Shown here piece after piece: positions 10,276 through 19,926 of a DNA stretch of 64,000 nt (position 1 is its first letter; each line of letters begins with the position of its first letter). Position numbers and translations under genes: made by a program. The notes below the pieces were generated by a model. That model had not been told where the DNA came from. It worked only from the letters and a program-made list of their open reading frames with translations, and searched no databases. Origin of the DNA: Diplonema japonicum (lineage: Eukaryota; Protista; Euglenozoa: Diplonemea); assembly GCA_964019335.1 (NCBI GenBank), contig OZ025696.1, positions 310,001-374,000 of the forward strand, read 5' to 3'.

Positions 10276-11611
10276 AAAAGATTTAAAAGAACTCGCTGTG
10301 ATAAGAAAAGTGGTTAGCAACTAAAAAATAGTGAAGCAATCAGTGTACTACTATTTTCTTTTTTGCTTTTTAAATCGAATCTACAGACTTTAAAAAAAAG
10401 AAAGGAGGGGGGGGGGGGGTCAACAAAAGACCTGGGTGGTCAAAGTAATCACTTTCCTTTTTTTCTTTTGTTATTTCTTTTTTTTGGGTGTTCAAAATTA
10501 ATTTTAACTTCATAAAAAAAAGGGGGGGGGGAGGGGAGGGGGAGTTTATCGTATTCGTTTCATCTTTTTATGTTCTTTTTTTTTCTTTTTTTTTTTTCGA
10601 AAACCCTAACTAATATCAAAACAGGATAAAACTTCTGTTTTTTTCCTCCCCGCCCCTGCTGAGCTGAGCTGAGCAACAAAGTAAAAGCCGCTACATAGAT
10701 AAAATCCTTTGCGTGACGACAGGTCTAACTACAACTGAGATGCTACATGCTGAATAAGCTCACTATGGGGGGGGGGTGGGGGAAGAAGAAAATAGAGTTA
10801 CAGGAAGTCATTGGAGAGAGGCCACACAGAAGCAAAAATGTGTAAAGTGAGTAAATAAAAAAAAAATAATAAAAGAGTATTTTCTTTTTTTTTTTTTTTT
10901 AAAAAAAGCTATGGAGCAAACAATAGAATGTAGCTACCTTTTTTTTTTTTTTTTTTTAAACCACTAAAGCCCACAGGCAAAAAACCGAAAAAAAGTCAAT
11001 TTCCCAAAAAGAATTCAAAAAAAAAAAACTAGTTTGGCGCTCCATTTAAATAATAAATTATTACTATTTGTTGGAGTAAAACAAACAGACAACGAAAAAA
11101 AATGAAAAAAAATGAAAAAAAAACCCAAAAAAAAAAAAAAAAAAAAAACCAACAACAACAACAAAGGGAAAGAAAAGCGAAAGAAAATGTTACGAAAAGT
11201 TCACTATGCAGGTTCGCCGCAAAAAAAAAAAAAAAAAAAAAGGAGGGTACGTACAACAGTTAGTCTGTAACAGTTAGATTGCAAGTAAGAAGAATATCTC
11301 TATGGTGCAGCGAACATTGCATTTTTCAAAAAAAAAAAAGAAAATTTAAAAAAAGAAGACTTTCAGCAAATAGATAAATTTCTGGGTTGAAAAAAAAGAA
11401 AACAAACAACTTAATGTTGCAATGAGGGGGGGGAGGGATCTGATTCACGGAACCATTCCTAGGGAATAACGTTCCATACACGTCACATTGGACTTCCACA
11501 CTACACAGGCTGTGCAGGAGAGCTTTAAACATAGGGATGATGTGCATTCTTTTGAATGGATGTTGAGAGTGGAAAAAAGATGAAAGAAAAATAAATATGT
11601 TTCGGATGCCG

Positions 11612-14600
11612 CTACAGGTACACGTGTCCATCGTTGGTGTCCTGTGGCGATTCAAGGCCCAAGCATTGCGTGAACTCGTTTAGGTTGACCTTGCTGGCCC
11701 TGCTCCGCATGATGAGGACCCCCGCCACCCCACCACACAGCGCCAGCACGGAACCAGCAATGGCCACAACGTACCATGGGAACGACCCCCCATCCTCCTG
11801 CATGACAGGTACTTCCTCACCACCAAAGTCGGGAACTGTCGCGTTCCCACCGTCAGTGCCGTTGCCTTTACTTGGGGCAAGCGTGCTAGGTGCCTCTGTG
11901 TCTGGAGTGGGTGCCTCTGTGTCATTCACTGCAGTGCTTTCTGGAGAAAGCGTTCCTGGAACCACGGTGCTTGGTGCTTCGGTGGAAGGGGCTGCGGTGT
12001 CCCCCGGTGTCAGGGTTGCGGGGGACGGCGTGGAGGGGGATCCTGTCTTCGGTACTTCAGTTGCGGGTGCTGGGGTGTCTGGTGCCGCTGTCGTCCCAGG
12101 GGTGAGTGTCGTTGGTATTTGTGTTGCGGGAGCAAGAGTGGCTGGTGCTGCAGTGTCAGGTGCTGACGTCTTTGGAGCCGGAGTGTCTGGTGCCGCTGTC
12201 TTCCCAGGAGTTAGTGTCGTTGGTATTTGTGTTGCGGGAGCAAGAGTGGCTGGTGCTGCAGTGTCAGGTGCAGATGTCTTTGGAGCAGAAGTGGCTGGTG
12301 CTGCAGTGTCAGGGGCGGGCGTCTTTGGAGCCGGAGTGTCTGGTGCCGCTGTCTTCCCAGGAGTTAGTGTCGTTGGTATTTGTGTTGCGGGAGCAAGAGT
12401 GGCTGGTGCTGCAGTATCAGGGGCGGACGTCTTTGGAGCAGAAGTTGCAGGTGCCGATGTTTTAGGAGCAGGGGTATCAGGAGCAGAGGTCTTCGGAGCA
12501 GGAGTGTCTGGTGCCGATGTTTTAGGAGCAGGGGTATCAGGAGCAAGAGTGTCAGGTGCTGATGTTTTAGGAGCAGGGGTATCAGGAGCAGATGTCTTCG
12601 GAGCAGGAGTGTCTGGTGCCGATGTTTTAGGAGCAGGGGTATCAGGAGCAAGAGTGTCAGGTGCCGATGTTTTAGGAGCAGGGGTATCAGGAGCAGATGT
12701 CTTCGGAGCAGGAGTGTCTGGAGCAGGAGTGTCCGGGGCATCGGTTTTCTCCACAGCGCAGGTTGTGAAGGAGTTGTCGATGAGGATCCACTGCCTGTAG
12801 GACTCCGGGCGGTAGCAGACCTTGTACTCTGTCTCACCTTGTAGTTTCGGGAGAGTGCTGGGGCTCCACTCCGTAGCGGTCCCCACCTTCACCATAGACC
12901 CCACAGAGGCGGAGCAGCCGCCGAGCACCGCGCACTCCGTCTCAGCATTCCTGCAGTCTGTTGCGGTGCCGGCGACGATGGCCACCTTGTCGGAGGCCGA
13001 CAGCTTGTCCGTCCCGGGGTAGAAGTGGAAGACGGGGGCATCCTTCCCAGGCTTCGGGCAGGCCGGGGTGATCGAGAATTGCGGGTCGCGATGGTCACAG
13101 TGCAGCGCCACAGAATCGATGTAGCAGGCCCCCGTACCAGCCGGGGAGGTGGAGAACTGGAGCTCCGCAACCGACTCGAAGCCGTTCGGGATCTTGGGGG
13201 CGACAGAGGTCTCCACCACCCCATCCAGGGTCACCGTGATGTCCTTCGTCTCCCAGTTCAGTGCGAGCTCAACCTTGTGCCAGGTCCCCAGGTTCACCTT
13301 CCCGAAGTAGCTGGTTGAGTCCGTGTTCAGCTTCACTCCGAACGAGTCGCCGACCCCGATGTACACGCGGATGCGCTCCCCAGTCGCCGCCTTCAGCGAA
13401 ACCGACAGCTGCACGTTCTCCTTTTCTATCTGCGCAAAGAAGGAGAGGGTGGGGGCCCGGATCCCCCCTGTTGACGCAGAGTAGATGTAGCCGTAGTCCT
13501 TGAAGGTGAAGGACCCCGCCCCTTCCTTCTTCACAGCCGTCGTGACCTCTGCGATGGAGGAGGCCACCGTCGCCGGGTCGTCGAACGGGAGGTTCACACT
13601 GTGGTGGCACTCCCCGGGAATCTGGAACTCGAGGTCCTTGTGCGACCACACGGGTTTCGTTCCGCTCTTGAACATCGCCCCCGTGAGGTACAGGTCCACA
13701 AGCTCCGTCGCCGAGGTGCGGAAGGTGGGCGCCGCCTTCAGAGGGCCCAGCGTCACCACCTGCCCCGCGATGGTGACGAGCGAGGTGTCGAGCATCGTCC
13801 CTCGAAGCCCATCCCACCCCGTCGCCGACAGGTGGTCCGGTACCATCGCCTCGATCACCGCCTGCTTCGTCGCCTCCGAGTCCACCCACTCGTCGTGGTC
13901 CCCCACGAGTGTCAGCGTCATCGTCGTCCCCCCCGCCCGAAGCTGGTCCTGCGTCAGCCCCTCCACAACGCTCCCCGTCATCAGGATGTAGTCCGTGCAC
14001 CACAGGTGGAACTCATCAAACCACGCCCCTCCCGACAGGCTCACCTTGGTGATCCCGTCAGGGCAGTTCCTGTCGAACCCCGCAGACACCTCCTTCTTCC
14101 CGTCCACGTACAGGTCCACCTTCCCAACCCCCGCCCAGTCGATGTGCAGGTCGAAGTGGTAGAACTCCTTCGGCTCCGCCTTCAGGGAGGCCTTCGCACC
14201 GGTGTACCCGAGGTTCCACGCCCCGTTCCCGTACCGCACCGTAAAGCACGTCCCTGCCGTGTTGCTGAAGAATGCCGCCGGGGTCTCCGGGTCCGCGAAA
14301 CGCGCCGCGTAGAAGGTGATTCTCCGAGGCTTGCTGGCCTTTCCCAGCTCGACCTTCCCCGTCCCGGAGACGGTGTCGTCGTTCTCGACCCCCAGCTTCC
14401 ACGACCCGGTCCCCTCCGCGAACTTCGCCACGTCCAAGAGCGACGCGGTCGGGTCGCCGGTCGACTCCCACGGCCCGAGGTCGCCGTCGAAGGCGTTCAC
14501 CTGGTTCGCAGGGCAGTCCGCGAACCCGGTGCACTCCAGCCCCCCGTAGCCCCCGTCGCACTTGCACGGCGACTTCGCGTCGTTCGTGCACGTCCCGCGC

Positions 14601-15778
14601 TCCCCGCACACCTTCGCGTCGTTCGCCGGCACCCCGAAGCACACCGCCTCAGCGTTCACCACCGTCACCCCCACCGCACACGTCGTCTCCACCCCGTCGC
14701 TCCCCTTGAAGGTCGTCGCCAGCACGAAGTCCTTCCCCACATCCGAGGTGTCCGGGGTGAAGGCCACCTGCGTGAAGCCCACCCGCCAGATATTCCCGCC
14801 ATCGGCCACAGTCTTCGTGGTGCGTGCCCCGGGTGCCGTCGTCTCCCCGTACGACACCGTCATCGTCTTCCCCTCCGCGTACAGCCCGTTGAACTCCACC
14901 AGCCACTCCTTGCCGTGCGGGATGAGGTGCTTCTTCGCCGCCCCTCCTCGCGACGTCCGGCAGGTCGGTGCTGTGAACTCCTTCACGCACCCGTTGTACA
15001 TGAAGTCGATCGTGTCGACGTCCCCCACCGACAGCCCCACCCGCTGCCCGATAGGCGCGGGAGCCACGATCGACGGCTCCGCCCCTATCGCGAAGTAGAA
15101 CGCCCCGTAGTGCATGATGCTCCCGTAGTCGTAGGCCCCAATGCTGCGCCCAGCCGCCCCCGTCTTCGAGAACTGCCCCACCTTCCCTGCCTTGATCTGT
15201 GTTTCGTCCACGAACACGTAGCTGTCCCTGTCGTTCCGCGTCTGCTCGTGCATGAGCCCCAGGCTGTGCCCCAGCTCGTGGATCGTCGACCCCCCCGAGC
15301 AAGACGACGCCAGGTTGACCTGGTTCACATCGTCCACGTCCTGTGTCATCCCGAGGGGCGAGTTGCAGGCGTTCTTGTCGGAGATGAAGTACACGTACGG
15401 CTTGGCACACCCCGCCTTCGTCGCGCACCGCGTGAACCGGATGCACGTCTTCGCCTCCCAGTGCGCCACAGCGTTCAGGATCCTCCAGTCGTCGTTCGGC
15501 AACAGGAAGGTGTCCGCAGGGTTCTTCGGGTTCGTCTCCGCCGTCTCGATGTAGTACCGCACCTTCCCCTCGGGCCACAGGTTCGAGGTTGTTGAGAAGC
15601 TCGACCCCAGCAGCCGCCCCTCCCGTTCCTCCCCTTCTCCCACCCGCAGCGGGACCTGGATGTCCCCCTCCAACAGCGCGTAGTCGTAGTTCTCCTTCGC
15701 AGGCCGTCCTTCAACAGGCAGGTGTCCTCCAGCTGCCCCCAACAGCAGCAGCAACAGGTGCTGGCAGATCCCTTTCAT
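11612..15778 (-). CDS. Membrane-anchored astacin (M12A) metalloprotease with EGF, putative LamG/ConA-like domains and mucin stalk
   Basis: Signal peptide, prodomain 'LLEGDI', HELGHSLGLMHEQTRNDRD, Met-turn YDYGSIMHY, EGF-like CGERGTC..CKCDGGYGGLEC, T-x-A-P repeats, C-terminal TM helix. Confidence 0.93.
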   Translation of the reverse strand: MKGICQHLLLLLLGAAGGHLPVEGRPAKENYDYALLEGDIQVPLRVGEGEEREGRLLGSSFSTTSNLWPEGKVRYYIETAETNPKNPADTFLLPNDDWRILNAVAHWEAKTCIRFTRCATKAGCAKPYVYFISDKNACNSPLGMTQDVDDVNQVNLASSCSGGSTIHELGHSLGLMHEQTRNDRDSYVFVDETQIKAGKVGQFSKTGAAGRSIGAYDYGSIMHYGAFYFAIGAEPSIVAPAPIGQRVGLSVGDVDTIDFMYNGCVKEFTAPTCRTSRGGAAKKHLIPHGKEWLVEFNGLYAEGKTMTVSYGETTAPGARTTKTVADGGNIWRVGFTQVAFTPDTSDVGKDFVLATTFKGSDGVETTCAVGVTVVNAEAVCFGVPANDAKVCGERGTCTNDAKSPCKCDGGYGGLECTGFADCPANQVNAFDGDLGPWESTGDPTASLLDVAKFAEGTGSWKLGVENDDTVSGTGKVELGKASKPRRITFYAARFADPETPAAFFSNTAGTCFTVRYGNGAWNLGYTGAKASLKAEPKEFYHFDLHIDWAGVGKVDLYVDGKKEVSAGFDRNCPDGITKVSLSGGAWFDEFHLWCTDYILMTGSVVEGLTQDQLRAGGTTMTLTLVGDHDEWVDSEATKQAVIEAMVPDHLSATGWDGLRGTMLDTSLVTIAGQVVTLGPLKAAPTFRTSATELVDLYLTGAMFKSGTKPVWSHKDLEFQIPGECHHSVNLPFDDPATVASSIAEVTTAVKKEGAGSFTFKDYGYIYSASTGGIRAPTLSFFAQIEKENVQLSVSLKAATGERIRVYIGVGDSFGVKLNTDSTSYFGKVNLGTWHKVELALNWETKDITVTLDGVVETSVAPKIPNGFESVAELQFSTSPAGTGACYIDSVALHCDHRDPQFSITPACPKPGKDAPVFHFYPGTDKLSASDKVAIVAGTATDCRNAETECAVLGGCSASVGSMVKVGTATEWSPSTLPKLQGETEYKVCYRPESYRQWILIDNSFTTCAVEKTDAPDTPAPDTPAPKTSAPDTPAPKTSAPDTLAPDTPAPKTSAPDTPAPKTSAPDTPAPKTSAPDTLAPDTPAPKTSAPDTPAPKTSAPDTPAPKTSAPATSAPKTSAPDTAAPATLAPATQIPTTLTPGKTAAPDTPAPKTPAPDTAAPATSAPKTSAPDTAAPATLAPATQIPTTLTPGKTAAPDTPAPKTSAPDTAAPATLAPATQIPTTLTPGTTAAPDTPAPATEVPKTGSPSTPSPATLTPGDTAAPSTEAPSTVVPGTLSPESTAVNDTEAPTPDTEAPSTLAPSKGNGTDGGNATVPDFGGEEVPVMQEDGGSFPWYVVAIAGSVLALCGGVAGVLIMRSRASKVNLNEFTQCLGLESPQDTNDGHVYL
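11880..12745. repeat. Coding 15-bp-based minisatellite (TPAPD/TSAPK mucin stalk)
   Basis: Pentapeptide repeats with higher-order units inside the astacin gene. Confidence 0.9.
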
Positions 15779-16671
15779 GCTTTGTGGGTGTGTGTGTGTG
15801 TGTTTTTTCTTTATTCTTTTCGTCGAAACTTGTTTTTTTTATTTGTGAGTTTGTGAAGTGAACGGAGAGGAAATAAAAAAAGAAAAAAACCAGGAGAAAT
15901 GAAATAGTGGGGGATAATAAAAGCACGTGGTGAGAGGACGGGAAAGCTCTTTTTTTTTTTTTTCATTTTCAAACGCGATTCTACATGTTTAAATGACAAA
16001 GGGTCAAAAAAATGTGGGCTACATTACAATTTCTGCAAAAAAAAGCCCTCTTTTTTTTTTGACAACATGAGTTGACTGCAAGCCAGATGGCCACTAGAAT
16101 GGGAATCGCCCGTAGATCTCTAAAGCTCCCGCTTTCGAAAGAGGAGGAAAGAGGAACAAAAGCGGTGTTAGGGAGGGGACACAAAGAATTTTTCTTCCTT
16201 TTGTCCTCACCATCGTAAGACGTGCCATCGGTTGGTGAATTCAAGCCTCGTGTCAAGAGGCAAGAAAGAAGAGAGGTAAAAGGAAGAAGAAAAAAAAAAG
16301 AGGATAGAAAATGGGTGGGATAGAAAATGGGTGTAGGGGGACCCTTGTGACTATTTATTATCTATAGGTAGATAATTAATTTTCGACGAGGGAAAGGGGA
16401 GGGGAAAAGATTTAAATTTTTTCCCCTCCCCTTAAATCATTTAACGTCAAGGTGGACACAAGTCAAACGGCGCTCAGTAACGACACCACCATAAGATCAT
16501 GGGGGTGGTGGTGTTTGTAGTCAAGCGAGCGTGCAGTGGACAGCCGCTAAGGTTTGTCTTATTCTGTCTTCGAAATAACTCGCTTAAGGGGAGGTGTCGT
16601 TACGCACCTAGACCTGGCCAAGGGTCTTGCTGCCCCAATTTTCAGAAAAGAAACGAAGGGGTGTTCTCTTT

Positions 16672-17478
16672 TCAAACTCTCGTGAGGTCAGGTCGAGGAT
16701 TCGCAACAAGCGGTACTGTGAGGGTCCGCATCGTGTCGCAGGTGGGCACAACCGGGCAATTGTAACCTTCATCTCTAAAGTTGTAAGAAGATTTCACAAC
16801 CGGTGTTTCAATGGGTGACACGGCACTCAGCGATAAGAGTTCTACAGCATCACTACCATTGTCTTGCTTCAATGGAATTGCCACCTCCAAGCGGGTGTAG
16901 TACACAAATCCAAATAGAACTGAGTTCAGCGCGAAAAACACGTCCAAACATATAAGAAGAACAGCTCCAGGAGCAAGCCCCATCGAGGTTCGGGCGGAGG
17001 GTGCACTGCTGCAGTCGTCTGTGGACCACGCCTCGCACGTCACATTGGCAACATCATTGTACGCATTGATCATGTCCCTGCTACACGTGCTGTTCGCAAG
17101 GCAGGGAATGTTATTAAACGAAGCTCGTTCGCAGCCCTGAAAAGATCCCTGCCCCACCTGACAGGAAGCTGCTGTCATGACAGTGGCCGCAATGCTCAGC
17201 GTCACCTTCGTAGTGACCATGACCACACCGTAGAGTACGTAAACTATCATTATTCCACGATTTGCCTTCATGATCCCCCACATCCCAAAGGGGAAGGCGC
17301 TCCACAGGAGGATGAGCCCTGCCACAACGGCGTTGTGCTGAGCGACTGACTTCTTCACCGCAGCAAGCTGGATCACTGCCAGTATGGTGTCGAGGGTGTA
17401 GTTTATAATAATGTCCTCCACGAACTTCTTTTTCAGGTCGTTCACCGTCAGTACCGCACCGCCGAAGATTTTGCCCAT
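16672..17478 (-). CDS. Tetraspanin-like 4TM protein with 6-Cys extracellular loop, copy 1
   Basis: Three TM helices, a loop with 6 Cys and NST/NVT sequons, then a fourth TM; paralogue of 59896, 61534 and 63429. ATG at 17478 (MGKIFG). Confidence 0.75.
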   Translation of the reverse strand: MGKIFGGAVLTVNDLKKKFVEDIIINYTLDTILAVIQLAAVKKSVAQHNAVVAGLILLWSAFPFGMWGIMKANRGIMIVYVLYGVVMVTTKVTLSIAATVMTAASCQVGQGSFQGCERASFNNIPCLANSTCSRDMINAYNDVANVTCEAWSTDDCSSAPSARTSMGLAPGAVLLICLDVFFALNSVLFGFVYYTRLEVAIPLKQDNGSDAVELLSLSAVSPIETPVVKSSYNFRDEGYNCPVVPTCDTMRTLTVPLVANPRPDLTRV

Positions 17479-17529
17479 GGTTTCTTTTCCTCCTCCCTTT
17501 TTCTTTACCAACCTGTAATGTAATTCAAT

Positions 17530-17940
17530 TCACAATGTCAGTGACCTGCAGAGGAAGAAGAAGAACAAGAATGGCGTAGAGTGACGGTAATAAGGCAGTA
17601 TTCACATTGCCGCCGAACGCGATATGGGGCATGCGCCAACACACCACGCTTTGACGCACACAACGCCGGTAGCCGAGGCTCTAGTACCCCCACCGAACGC
17701 GCCAGCAGCTGCTACGAAAACGATGGCGCCCGAGAAAGAGCTGGAGCACGAGTAGGAGAGGAAAGCGATAGAAGCGAGAATGGTGGACATGGAGAGGAAG
17801 GCTGCCACGACCACCTCGCTAATGAAGTCGATGGAGCAGAACATGCAAGCTCTCGGCAGGCAGATGGAGATGTAACAGCACGTCTCGAGAAGTTGGATGC
17901 TGTGGCTGTAGACGGAGTCTGCTTAACTGGAAGTTAGGCT
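17530..17940 (-). pseudogene. Possible degenerate membrane-protein fragment
   Basis: GC-rich island; hydrophobic minus-strand frames (FCSIDFISEVVVAAFLSMSTILASIAFL) with no intact long ORF. Confidence 0.25.
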
Positions 17941-18387
17941 ACAACGTAAAAAAAAAGCTTACAGTAACCGCGTCAAAAAAAAAAAAAAAAGAAAAAAAGA
18001 AAACGTAAAAGTTGTTGTTTGTTCTCTTTTTTTTTGCCGCCCCAGGCATAGCGTACATGGTGTAACTGAAACAGGGGGCCAAGTCGAGTTGACCTGCTCT
18101 GATATTTTGCAAAAGTTTTACAATCAACTTGTAACATTTCCTAAATTCTTCTTCGGGTTGGATGCACTCTATGTCTAAGGGGGAAAAGAAAGGGTCCAGA
18201 GGAGGAAGGTCGGCAGACTTTATTCACTTCATTAAAAAAAAAAAAAAAAGAAAAAAAAAAAAAAGCAAGCCTCACTACAATGTATTTAACGACACATTTG
18301 TTACAGGGGGCAAGCTGATAAGGTTTAACTACTGTGATGCGAGATGGGGTGTATATTATATATACTACTGTATTCTTTTTTGTCTTT

Positions 18388-18420
<33 letters not shown>

Positions 18421-18724
18421 CCCTCGAAATATCGTAGGAGGAAAAGAAAGAGAAGAAAAATTTAAAAAAAGATTTTTTTACCACTGAATACTACTTGCGT
18501 GTTCGGGGCAATGCAGCACACGCGGCGCGTGCCTCCCTTAAATCCCCGTGGCTCCGGTACGTAAGAAGAAAAAAAAAGGGGGTAAGTGGAGAGAGGAAAG
18601 CATATGATGACACATAAGTAAGACCAAAGAAAATAGAAAAAAGGACGAATTGGAAATATAAAAAAGAAATTCTTTTTCTTCCATTTTGGTTGTTTGGGAT
18701 TCAAACAAACAGCAGATTGCTTGT

Positions 18725-18755
<31 letters not shown>

Positions 18756-18759
18756 CTCC

Positions 18760-19520
18760 AGTCAGATTTTCAAGGGTGGGAGTGAATATAATATTTCACA
18801 TTATTTCACGCTTCACTTTATTTTCATTGCAGATTTCAGGCTTGTTTTAGGAAGAAAACAGGGGCAGAAATGAAAATTACTTTATGAGTGAATATAAAGT
18901 ACTTTATATTCACGCTTGCCCTATTTTCACTGCACAGCAAGGGGTTGGGGGCGCAAACACGGAAAAGAAATCACCTAAGTGGTTACCACACAGGCCTCTT
19001 GTTTTGGAAACCCCGGTTCGAATCTGGGAATCTCACTTTTTACGTCACTCAAGGATCTGGTCGCCTCTCTCAACAGAAGGGGAGAGAGGTGGGCTTGGCA
19101 AGCCAGCAGCGGTGACAGCTGCTAGTGGGGCAACCTCAACAACCCAGGCAGCAGCCTCACAGGTCCAGACCGAGGTCCTGTCAGCACTCATGGACGCACA
19201 GCCCGCACCACACAGGATATGCCTTGACAATCAATATCAACCATAAGCACCCCCAGTAAAATTTTAACTTGTAACTTGTAACCTGTAATACCCCACCCTT
19301 TCAAATCTGACTGACGTTAAATAAAACAACGGATTTAGTGAAAATAGATCCGATTTTCACTTGTGGTGGCATGTTTAACTCGTTGATGTTACTTCACTCG
19401 CTTCGCTCGTGAAGTAGACATTCATGACTGCACTCGCTTCGCTCGTGAAGTCATATACCCACTCGTTAAACCACTGCCACCACGCGTGAAAATCATACGA
19501 TCTTATTTTCACTAAATAAA
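18760..19520 (+). mobile_element. Non-autonomous Crypton-like element with palindromic ends
   Basis: Perfect 26-bp palindrome GTGAATATAAAGTACTTTATATTCAC (18888-18913); ~185-bp cruciform 19333-19517 with two CACTCGCTTCGCTCGTGAAG hairpins. The same motif types bracket the recombinase remnant at 29330-30085. Confidence 0.5.
18966..19041 (+). pseudogene. Degenerate tRNA-like sequence (pol III A/B boxes)
   Basis: CCTAAGTGGTTA (D-arm/A-box-like), CCCGG-TTCGAAT-CTGGG T-arm at tRNA-like spacing, T5 run downstream; acceptor and anticodon stems pair poorly. Confidence 0.35.
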
Positions 19521-19926
19521 TAGTTATTTTTTTTCTTCTTTTTTATTTCTTCTACAACAACAGTTTTTTTTTTTTCCAAAAGACTTGTGAATTGTGGAGC
19601 GAATATTGTATTTTTCAAGGTACAAAAAAAAAAAAAAAGGAATAGGAATCAAAGCGTGTTCAGTGCCCCAAACAGCGGAGATTGGTTCTTTTTCCTTCGC
19701 TTGAAACTTAACTAAGAGGGAAAGGAGTGGCAATTTTGTTGCTTGCAGATCAACTGCTTTGTACAAACAACAAATCGCCGACTATTTTTTTTTTTGTCTC
19801 TCTTACTACGAAGAAAGAAAAAAGAAAAGAAAAAAATCAACGTTAGCAACAACAAAGGGGTGAGGGGGGGGGGGGGAGGCGAAGGAGCTCACCATTTTGG
19901 AAAGAAAAAAAAAAGTTTTTTTTTTT

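Noticed and set aside
9800-11600. Poly-K/poly-F ORFs in AT-rich spacers (also 56426-56825, 62240-63344)
   Set aside because: Translations of homopolymer tracts.
18966-19035. Functional tRNA gene
   Set aside because: Acceptor and anticodon stems do not pair properly; kept only as tRNA-like.
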